NCBI GenBank assembly: GCA_028279745.1
Contig: JANQNC010000001.1
Location: 480,001 to 512,000, forward strand
DNA: 32,000 bases
Direction of reading: 5' to 3'
DNA from: Candidatus Nanoarchaeia archaeon
Lineage (GTDB): Archaea > Nanobdellota > Nanobdellia > Woesearchaeales > JANQNC01
The position numbers were made by a program, and so were the translations under genes. Positions 7,926 through 15,254 of the stretch are shown here, in pieces. The notes below the pieces were generated by a model. It was not told the DNA's origin, ran no database searches, and was given only the letters and a program-made list of their open reading frames with translations. Within the stretch, counting starts at the first letter, position 1; every line of letters begins with the position of its first letter.

Positions 7926-9839
7926 ATGACAATAAACTATCAAGAACTCGCAAGAAAAGCTTTAATTCTTATTGGGGTTATAGTTGCAGGACTTAGTTTG
8001 GTTAATATTCAAGGACTTATTGAAAAGTACTTAGGACGTGTGCCTCAAAGTATTTCACTAATTGCTTCAAATCCGCTGTTGATCTTAATATGCGGGGCAA
8101 CAATAATATTCTTTGCAGTTTACTTGTTCAATGATATTGTGAATAACAAACTTCCTAAGAAAAAATTTATCTTGCTAGCTGTTTTGATAATCTTGCTTGG
8201 TGTTGGGATTCGAGGGAACCTGGCATATAACGCTTTACTGTGGCAAGATGAGGGAGAGACTGCTGTTGACTCAATCAATCTTTATGAGACAGGCGCGCCA
8301 AGGGGATATTTTAAAGGATTACCGATAAATTATGGCAGCGTTAGAGAAGAGATAGACCATGAACTCTACAAATATGATCACAGCAATACTGACTCAAATA
8401 TCTATCATGGATGGTTAACTTTTGTTTTATCTGGGTTTATGTATATGCTTTTTGGATTTAACCATTTCTTGATGAGACTTCCTTTCCTAATACTGTTTGC
8501 AGTGTCTTGTGTTTATATCTTGAAAATAACAGACGTGCTTTTTGGGAAACAAGGAAAATATAATCTGTTTAAGTTGCTTGCATTGCTTCTTTACAGCATA
8601 AATCTAACCTTGATAACTCACGAGTACCAACTAAGGTATTATGCGCTTATTGTGACCCTAACTTTAATGTTCTGCTATCATGGAATACGCTTGTTTACAC
8701 TTAATAAGAATAAGAACAGGAATAAAATAATGCTGTTAGTTATTATGACCTTAATGTTCCACACGCACATGACCTTATTTTTATCTTTGAACATTGCGCT
8801 GTTTGCTTACTTATTTGCATTCTCAAATCTTAAGAAATATTCTAAAGAACTAATACTCTATATCTTAATCCAAGCAGCACAAATAATCATATTCTTTACA
8901 TATACAAACAAAATGAAGTATATCATCTCCGTATTAAGACAAATACTCACAACAAAACTTGCACTTGCTCTCCCCGCAGGAATAATCCTAGTGTTACTGT
9001 ACTTAATACTAAAACATAAGACAAACATATCAAGACATTCAGAAAAAATAGTGCTTGGCTTACTCGCAGTTGCGGGTATGGTCACATTGAATATGACACC
9101 AAAAAAAATATTCTTACCTGTTGGGATCACAGTAGCAAATGTTTACAATGGGTTGATTCTAGCTTTGATTGTGATCCTGTTCGTGTTCTGCCTAAAGATA
9201 AGGGAGAACAAAACATTAATACTTCTAATAATAACTTCATTTTCAATATTCGCATTTACAAACTTGTTAGTAACATATGGTTTTAGCACATTTAAGTTTA
9301 GAAATGTTATAAGCATGATCCCTTTATTGATTATCTTGTCAATCTATCTCTTGATAAAGTTCTTAGGTTTTGTTGACTTCTACTTCTTCAAAGGAAGTTA
9401 TGAAAAGAAAATGATATTCGCTGCGTTATTCATAGTTGGGCTGGTTTGTTTTATAACACAGGCAGCAACAGTCATAAAAGTAGAACAGTATAAAGGGTCT
9501 GCATTCATACAAGAAAGCATAGACTTTGTGAACCGCCAAGACATACAAAACGAAAAAGTATTTACCTCATACCATCATTTTCCGTTGCTTTTGTACACAA
9601 ACACAAACCTACACTACATATGGAATGTTAACCCTGATTTCTTAGCTGGAACAACTGAAAAGTTTTATGTTCTTGAACAACATGAGAACGATCTAAAATA
9701 TCAATGGGACTATTACTTCTGCAAACAACGGCGTAACTGCGTAGATGAACCGCACCAAGAGATAGGCTACAAATCTTTATTGGGAAACTGTTCAGTGTAT
9801 GAATACAAGTCAGGAACAAACATATACGAGTGCAACTAA
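7926..9839 (+). CDS. Putative GT-C fold membrane glycosyltransferase (ArnT/PMT-like) with a C-terminal extracytoplasmic Cys-containing domain
   Basis: 637 aa. LLWQDEGETAVDS after the second helix resembles the D-E motif of ArnT/PMT-type GT-C enzymes. More than 10 hydrophobic helices follow. The last ~130 aa are soluble with 4 Cys (FCKQRRNC...GNCSVYEY...YECN). No WWDYG motif is present. Confidence 0.55.
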   Translation: MTINYQELARKALILIGVIVAGLSLVNIQGLIEKYLGRVPQSISLIASNPLLILICGATIIFFAVYLFNDIVNNKLPKKKFILLAVLIILLGVGIRGNLAYNALLWQDEGETAVDSINLYETGAPRGYFKGLPINYGSVREEIDHELYKYDHSNTDSNIYHGWLTFVLSGFMYMLFGFNHFLMRLPFLILFAVSCVYILKITDVLFGKQGKYNLFKLLALLLYSINLTLITHEYQLRYYALIVTLTLMFCYHGIRLFTLNKNKNRNKIMLLVIMTLMFHTHMTLFLSLNIALFAYLFAFSNLKKYSKELILYILIQAAQIIIFFTYTNKMKYIISVLRQILTTKLALALPAGIILVLLYLILKHKTNISRHSEKIVLGLLAVAGMVTLNMTPKKIFLPVGITVANVYNGLILALIVILFVFCLKIRENKTLILLIITSFSIFAFTNLLVTYGFSTFKFRNVISMIPLLIILSIYLLIKFLGFVDFYFFKGSYEKKMIFAALFIVGLVCFITQAATVIKVEQYKGSAFIQESIDFVNRQDIQNEKVFTSYHHFPLLLYTNTNLHYIWNVNPDFLAGTTEKFYVLEQHENDLKYQWDYYFCKQRRNCVDEPHQEIGYKSLLGNCSVYEYKSGTNIYECN

Positions 9840-10354
9840 GTTCTTTTCTTAATAACTTTAGCAGGCACTCCTGCAACAACAGAATAAGGAGGGACACTTT
9901 TAGTGACAACTGAGCCAGCACCGATCACAGAGCCTTTGCCAACTGTGACCCCTGCAAGAATAATCGCTCTTGCCCCAATCCAGACATCATCTCCGATTAC
10001 AACTGGTTTAACTGTCTGGCTTTGCTTTCTTATAAGCTCCTTTTTTTTGAAAGAATGGTTGTGATCAAATATCATAACTTCAGGTCCAATCAAGACATCA
10101 TTACCAATCTTAATACTTTTGTGAGCTTCTGCAAAAAATCTTTCGTTTATCTCCACATTATCTCCAATATCGATTTTTATTGGCCCCCCAACATCACTAT
10201 GAGCTACTAGGTAAGCATTTTCTCTAATCAGAACATTACTGCCTATAGAAATCATGTTTGCATTAAAAGCTTTGATAGGTGTCTTTAACATGAAGCTAGC
10301 GCCGCAAGAAAAGAAGTTTCTAGCGTAAATCACACTTAAAATTCTTCTAAACAT
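9836..10354 (-). CDS. Hexapeptide-repeat (left-handed beta-helix) sugar O-acetyltransferase, WbbJ/LacA/WcaF-like
   Basis: 172 aa. It contains IGNDVLIGPEVMIFDHNH...VIGDDVWIGARAIILAGVTVGKGSVIGAGSVVTKSVPPYSVVAGVPAKVIKK. An SD GAGGT lies upstream, and 1 nt separates it from the upstream GT4 gene. Confidence 0.85.
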   Translation of the reverse strand: MFRRILSVIYARNFFSCGASFMLKTPIKAFNANMISIGSNVLIRENAYLVAHSDVGGPIKIDIGDNVEINERFFAEAHKSIKIGNDVLIGPEVMIFDHNHSFKKKELIRKQSQTVKPVVIGDDVWIGARAIILAGVTVGKGSVIGAGSVVTKSVPPYSVVAGVPAKVIKKRT

Positions 10355-10355
10355 C

Positions 10356-11489
10356 TTACCTCTTTTTGTAATTTTTCAACAACACATCTATCTGGGACTC
10401 CAACAGATACTTCTTTGCATATTTTTTGTTATGAGTCCCAATCCTCTTTGAAAGCTTTTTGTTTTTTAATAATTTCGTTATGCTCTTTGATAATGTGCTA
10501 ATATTGCCACACTTTACCAAAAAACCGTTCTTAGATGAAACCCAAGAAGGTATTGCGCCAACTTTTGTTGTGACAACAGGTTTACTTCTTGCCATGGCCT
10601 GAGCTAAAACTTGCCCAAAACCTTCATGCTTTGAAGGTAAAACAAAGATATCCGCAACATCCATCAGTTTTATGATCTCTTTTTCTTTACCAAAAGGTAC
10701 AGGACCCATAAAACTTACTTTCTTAGTTAGGTTTAGTTGGGATATTCTTGCTTTCAATGTTTTTGTAAAATCTTTATCTCTTGCACCAAATATAATCAGA
10801 TGAGAATCTGGACTTTTTTCGTTTACTTCTCCGAATGCTTCAACAAGAGTATCAACCCCTTTGTCTTTGCAGACTCTCCCCACAAATAAAACAACTTTTT
10901 TACCTTTGAACTTCTTCTTTAGTTGTGTGCTGTTAACTTTACCAAAAAAGTCTTTGATTATACCTGAAGGCAAGAAAACAGTCTTTTGCGCTCCTTTTTT
11001 GATACACCAACCTTTTGTATCGGGAATTCTGTAAAAAACAGTCTTAGCATTCCTGTAAATGAAGGGGGTGTAAAAGGTATCAAATAACCAATCTTGGAAG
11101 AATGATTTTGCATTTGCTGTTCTCGCAACACCAATTGGACCAAAACTAAGAACAGAATAAGGAATTTCAAGTTTTTTTGCAAGCTTGGCAGCAGAATAGA
11201 AAAAAAGATGCCCATGAGCAAAAAACTGAATTACATCTGGGTTAATTTTCTTGATTGTTTCTTCAAGTTTATCAAGTGATGTGAACCTGTGCATAAAATG
11301 TTTCTTTGAGGGTAAACGATGTACTTTAACACCTTTAATCGATTCAAATTTCTTTTTTTTATCTGATAAAGAAGATATTACATGAATGTTGTGGCCTTTT
11401 TTTCTTAAAATGTTAGAAATTTTGTTAATGTATATCTCTATACCCCCCACAAAAGGCATATAATGTTGAGTAATGAATAAAATTTTCAT
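10356..11489 (-). CDS. GT4-family glycosyltransferase
   Basis: It has a canonical EX7E region, PSKHEGFGQVLAQAMARSKPVV. I prefer ATG 11489 (MKILFITQHYMPFVGGIE...) over the track's TTG 11495. Confidence 0.9.
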   Translation of the reverse strand: MKILFITQHYMPFVGGIEIYINKISNILRKKGHNIHVISSLSDKKKKFESIKGVKVHRLPSKKHFMHRFTSLDKLEETIKKINPDVIQFFAHGHLFFYSAAKLAKKLEIPYSVLSFGPIGVARTANAKSFFQDWLFDTFYTPFIYRNAKTVFYRIPDTKGWCIKKGAQKTVFLPSGIIKDFFGKVNSTQLKKKFKGKKVVLFVGRVCKDKGVDTLVEAFGEVNEKSPDSHLIIFGARDKDFTKTLKARISQLNLTKKVSFMGPVPFGKEKEIIKLMDVADIFVLPSKHEGFGQVLAQAMARSKPVVTTKVGAIPSWVSSKNGFLVKCGNISTLSKSITKLLKNKKLSKRIGTHNKKYAKKYLLESQIDVLLKNYKKR

Positions 11490-11510
11490 AAGCAAATAAT
11501 AGGATAAACT

Positions 11511-11518
11511 ATTTAAAT
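11511..11518. promoter_or_regulatory. Single palindromic TATA-like box ATTTAAAT shared by two divergent genes
   Basis: The box centre (11514/11515) is 26 nt from the A of ATG 11489 (- strand) and 26 nt from the A of ATG 11541 (+ strand). The 51-bp spacer has no SD on either side. Confidence 0.5.
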
Positions 11519-11540
11519 ACCTTTTGCTTATAAATGAATA

Positions 11541-12431
11541 ATGGGTGTTTCAGTAGTAATAGTAGCAAAAAAAGGGGAAAAATACGTGTATGACTGTATA
11601 GATTCTATCAAAGCGCAGTCTACAAAAGCTAGTGAAACCATAGTTGTTTCTCAAGAAAAAATTAATGTAAACGGAATCAAGAATGTAGTTTCTAAAGCGA
11701 ATAGATCAAAGGCAAGAAACATAGGCTGGAAAAAAGCAAAAAGCAAGATTGTGTTGTTTGCAGAAGCAGACTCAATATTTGGCAAGAACTGGATAAATAA
11801 CATAGTCTCTGAATTCAAAAAAGGAGCAGATGCAGTGATAGATCGAAGAGCGGTATACAAACCAAAGACATTCATACAAAAATGCGGAGATGAATTTTTT
11901 TCATTGAGGTATTCAGATTACAAGCCCTTTTGTGCGCAAGCATACAAGAAAAATGTTTTGGAAGACACAAAAGGATTTGATGAGAAGATAGAATATTCAG
12001 AAGATACCGATTTAGGAACACGTATTCTTAAGAAAGGTTATAAGATTAACTTAGCTGAAAAAGCTTTTCAGTTCCATAAAGGGGAACCAAAATCTTTGAT
12101 GGGTGTGATGAAACGATCAATAACCTTTGGGAAAGAGAAGGCAAATACCTACTTTAAGAAATATCCAAAACAAGCACCTGTTTTTGATTCAATGATGATA
12201 ATCTTGTGGTTCTTGTTACTGCCTCTAGTTTTTGTCACATTATGGAGTCTTGTTTTGTTTTTCTTGATAGACCTTATGCTTTTTACAATATTTATCGCTA
12301 AATTATTAAGGCAACAAAAACATTACAAGCTAAAGATGAGATATTTAGTTGGGATAGCTACAATGAACTACTTCAAATGGTTCTTTACAAGAATAGGGTT
12401 TATGTATGGCAAACTGAGAGGTGGAAGATGA
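11541..12431 (+). CDS. GT2-family glycosyltransferase, membrane-anchored
   Basis: 296 aa. Motifs are VSVVIVAKKGEKYVYDCIDSIKAQ and VLFAEADSIF (a DxD-like EAD). The C-terminal hydrophobic segments are MMIILWFLLLPLVFVTLWSLVLFFLIDLMLFTIFIAKLL. Confidence 0.75.
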   Translation: MGVSVVIVAKKGEKYVYDCIDSIKAQSTKASETIVVSQEKINVNGIKNVVSKANRSKARNIGWKKAKSKIVLFAEADSIFGKNWINNIVSEFKKGADAVIDRRAVYKPKTFIQKCGDEFFSLRYSDYKPFCAQAYKKNVLEDTKGFDEKIEYSEDTDLGTRILKKGYKINLAEKAFQFHKGEPKSLMGVMKRSITFGKEKANTYFKKYPKQAPVFDSMMIILWFLLLPLVFVTLWSLVLFFLIDLMLFTIFIAKLLRQQKHYKLKMRYLVGIATMNYFKWFFTRIGFMYGKLRGGR

Positions 12432-13504
12432 AGATAACTTTTTTGGTTCCGACAGTTACAGGTATAAAAAAGATATTAAGAGCATACCCTTTTGCTAGTC
12501 TGTTATCCGAAAAAAATAAAGTTCAAATAATTGGACAAAAAAACAAAAAATCCGATAAGATTCGGTTCAAACAAACAAAAAACCTAAGAATAATCAAGCT
12601 GCCGGACAATAAAAAAGAAGCAGTAAACAAAATATTAACCCTCTCTGAGGATTCTGATGTGGTCTGTGTTACAAAACCCACTTACATAACTTCAAAAGCA
12701 GGTCTGATCCTAAAAAAGAAAGGTAAGAGGCTTGTTGTAGACATAGACGATGACGATGAGTCCTCAATCCAACTTGACAACGCCAACTTCTTGACCAAAC
12801 TAATAAAAAAGATAAAAATAAAACATAACTTCTCAATAATTAAAAAAGCAGATGAAGTCGTGGTTGCTTCAACCTACCTCAAAAAAAAATATGGCGGCAC
12901 AGTCCTGCCTGTACCTGTTGAAAATAAATTCTACACACAAGGGAACAAGATAAAAAAAAATACAGTATTATACTGCGGAGCCATACAAAGACATAAAGGG
13001 ATAGACAACCTTATAGAATCTATGAGACTCTTAAACAATGTCAGACTGATCATAGCAGGTTCGAAAAAGGCAGGATCGCCCATATTTGCAAAAGAAATCC
13101 AAGAGAGAGCTAAAAAAGTAAGTAAAAACATAACTTTCAAAGGACATGTCTCTTACGATAACATTGCCAAACTGATGAGAAGCGCAGAGTGTCTTGTGCT
13201 GCCTTTACCAAACAATCCAGTTCACAAGGCGCAAACCCCCATCAAGCTAATGCACTACATGGCGTCGGGAAGACCTTTAGTTGCAACTGATGTAGGAGAT
13301 ATAAAGAAAATATTAAAGAAGGGTAAGTGCGGAGTTATAGTGAAACCTGATGACATCAATGGCTTGGCAAAAGGGATTCAAAAAGTATTAAAAGACAAAA
13401 AATTTTCAAATGCTATAGCAAAGAATGCTAGACAAGAATCCCTTAAAAAGTACTCATTCCAAGCAACAAAAAAAAGAATAACCAAGATTTTCGGAGTAAA
13501 ATGA
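12428..13504 (+). CDS. GT4-family glycosyltransferase
   Basis: I prefer ATG 12428 (MKITFLVPT...). It is preceded by GAGGTG and forms an ATGA overlap with the previous stop, unlike the track's ATG 12377. The C-domain reads LVLPLPNNPVHKAQTPIKLMHYMASGRPLVATDVGD. Confidence 0.8.
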   Translation: MKITFLVPTVTGIKKILRAYPFASLLSEKNKVQIIGQKNKKSDKIRFKQTKNLRIIKLPDNKKEAVNKILTLSEDSDVVCVTKPTYITSKAGLILKKKGKRLVVDIDDDDESSIQLDNANFLTKLIKKIKIKHNFSIIKKADEVVVASTYLKKKYGGTVLPVPVENKFYTQGNKIKKNTVLYCGAIQRHKGIDNLIESMRLLNNVRLIIAGSKKAGSPIFAKEIQERAKKVSKNITFKGHVSYDNIAKLMRSAECLVLPLPNNPVHKAQTPIKLMHYMASGRPLVATDVGDIKKILKKGKCGVIVKPDDINGLAKGIQKVLKDKKFSNAIAKNARQESLKKYSFQATKKRITKIFGVK

Positions 13505-14652
13505 AAGTAAACTTTATACACTGGCAATACAGCACATTCCCAAAGGGATTTCCAAAAACCAGCACAGGAGGTGCAGAACTAGCAATTTGGGAGATAGCTA
13601 AAAGAGTTTCTAAAAAACATAAAGTAAGAATATTTTGTTTAAGTGACAAAAACAGCATAACCAAAACACAAGGGATTGAATTTGTTAGAATACAAGCTCC
13701 CCTCCTTCTAAGAAGCAAATGGGTAAGATCCGACTATTACTTTTTCAAAGTTATGAGACAGATAAACAAAGAAAGCGAGAGTGAAAAACAAATAGTGCAC
13801 TGCATAAGCTGCATAGAGCCTGTTGCATATACAAATAACAAAGTGAGCATTGTTCTAAACATGCATAATGAAATAAAAAAATATCTGCCTTACCCCTCTT
13901 TCAAAAGAGAATGGTATGAAAAAAGGATTAACAGACTAGATTATGCAACTGGAGTATCCAACTATATCACAAAATCCTTCCTTAACTACTTTTTGTACGA
14001 TAAAAATTATGCAAAAACAATCTATAACGGAGCAGACTTTAAAATCTTCAACCCGCGAAACAGTAATAAGAGAAAAGTATGTAAAAAGTATGGCCTAGAC
14101 AGTAAAAAACCTTTGCTTTACTTCGGAGGCAGAATAATAAGAAGAAAAGGCTTACACCTCCTTCTAGACGCAATAGAAGGACTCGATGTGAATCTAGTTA
14201 TAACAGGCATTGTAGGAAAAACAAGTTCCGACAAAGATTATTACGAAGAGATACTTAAAAAAGTAAAAAATAAAGAAAACATAAAGTTTTTGGGGGACCT
14301 GAAAAAGAAAGATAGAGGAATTATAATAAGCTCAGCAGACCTGTCTTTCTGCCCATCAATTTGGGATGATCCCTCTCCACTTATGTGCTATGAATCCCAA
14401 ACCGCAGGCACGCCCATAATCGGGTTTAAGTGGGGAGGAATACCCGAACTAATAGAAACTGGAAAGACTGGAATCGTATGTAACCAAAAAGAATTAAAAA
14501 AGTACATAGTTAACTTAACAAAAAATAAGAAAAAATTAAAAGAAATGTCTAAAAATGCATACAATAAATCAAGAAAAGAATTTGATTGGGACAAAGTTGC
14601 AAAAGAATACTTGCGTATTTATGAGAGATTAAAAAATGACACTATCAACTAA
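13501..14652 (+). CDS. GT4-family glycosyltransferase
   Basis: 383 aa. The N-domain has STGGAELAIWEIAKRVSKKHKV. The C-domain has LLYFGGRIIRRKGLHLLLDA and MCYESQTAGTPIIGFKWGGIPELI. An ATGA overlap lies at 13501-13504. Confidence 0.8.
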   Translation: MKVNFIHWQYSTFPKGFPKTSTGGAELAIWEIAKRVSKKHKVRIFCLSDKNSITKTQGIEFVRIQAPLLLRSKWVRSDYYFFKVMRQINKESESEKQIVHCISCIEPVAYTNNKVSIVLNMHNEIKKYLPYPSFKREWYEKRINRLDYATGVSNYITKSFLNYFLYDKNYAKTIYNGADFKIFNPRNSNKRKVCKKYGLDSKKPLLYFGGRIIRRKGLHLLLDAIEGLDVNLVITGIVGKTSSDKDYYEEILKKVKNKENIKFLGDLKKKDRGIIISSADLSFCPSIWDDPSPLMCYESQTAGTPIIGFKWGGIPELIETGKTGIVCNQKELKKYIVNLTKNKKKLKEMSKNAYNKSRKEFDWDKVAKEYLRIYERLKNDTIN

Positions 14653-15253
14653 ACTATTCCACCTAGACAGGATACTATTCAGCTCATTCAGAAGACTTAG
14701 ACTCCAACTTTTAGGTGTGAACGTGGGGAAAAATGTGTGTTTAGGAAAAGGAATTAAAGTATTCAAAGATGACACCTCCACAATAAAAGTGGGTGACAAT
14801 TGTGAACTAAGCGAGTTTATATCACTTTACGCAATAAAAGGGGGAGAAATAAAACTAAATAAGTCTGTAAAAATAAATAACCATTCTAGCCTATTCTCAA
14901 GAGGAGGTAAAATACTGATCGACGAAGGAACCACCATATCCTCAAACTGTGGGATAAACACTGAAAAATCAAAAGTTAAGATTGGAAAAAACACTTCCAT
15001 AGCACCAAAAGTTGACATAATGGATAGAGACCATGTGTTCAGCAAGAAAAATGTGTTAATAAAAAAACAAGGCCACATAAGCAAACCAGTAGAAATTATG
15101 GACGGGTGCTGGCTTGGAGTGAAGGTGACTGTGTTAAAAGGAGTTAAGATAGGTAAAGGTTCTGTAATAGGTGCAAACAGCGTGGTCACAAAAAATATCC
15201 CTTCTTATAGCGTTGCAGTAGGCGCACCTGCAAAAGTTATTAAAAAAAGATAG
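14636..15253 (+). CDS. Hexapeptide-repeat sugar O-acetyltransferase, paralogue of 9836..10354
   Basis: 205 aa. It contains IGKNTSIAPKVDIMDRDHVF...IMDGCWLGVKVTVLKGVKIGKGSVIGANSVVTKNIPSYSVAVGAPAKVIKKR. The C-terminal ~70 aa align with the other acetyltransferase. Confidence 0.85.
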   Translation: MTLSTKLFHLDRILFSSFRRLRLQLLGVNVGKNVCLGKGIKVFKDDTSTIKVGDNCELSEFISLYAIKGGEIKLNKSVKINNHSSLFSRGGKILIDEGTTISSNCGINTEKSKVKIGKNTSIAPKVDIMDRDHVFSKKNVLIKKQGHISKPVEIMDGCWLGVKVTVLKGVKIGKGSVIGANSVVTKNIPSYSVAVGAPAKVIKKR

Positions 15254-15254
15254 C

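Noticed and set aside
6223-9839. I considered whether either large GT-C-like membrane protein is the AglB oligosaccharyltransferase.
   Set aside because: Neither contains a WWDYG motif or the large C-terminal soluble domain typical of AglB/STT3. The motifs fit ArnT/PMT-like enzymes better.
12377-12427. The ORF track gives longer N-terminal extensions at 12377, 20119, 11495, 30976 and 18952.
   Set aside because: Downstream ATGs give the canonical MKI.../MKV... GT N-termini. They have proper SD spacing or ATGA coupling and avoid long overlaps with the upstream genes.
13058-13065. GGTTCGAA resembles a tRNA T-loop.
   Set aside because: It lies inside a well-supported GT4 ORF. It is followed by AAAAGG rather than TCC, and no acceptor or anticodon stems can be drawn around it.
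12881-13475. Homopolymeric A9, A9 and A8 tracts (12881-12889, 12952-12960 and 13468-13475) lie inside one GT4 gene, and similar A8/T8 runs occur in other GT genes (for example 19480s, 20630s and 10041-10048). These could be slipped-strand phase-variation switches.
   Set aside because: In this AT-rich, Lys-rich coding sequence, KKK encoded as AAAAAAAAA is expected from composition. All tracts are in frame and no frameshifted copy is visible. Population or metagenomic read data would be needed before claiming phase variation.
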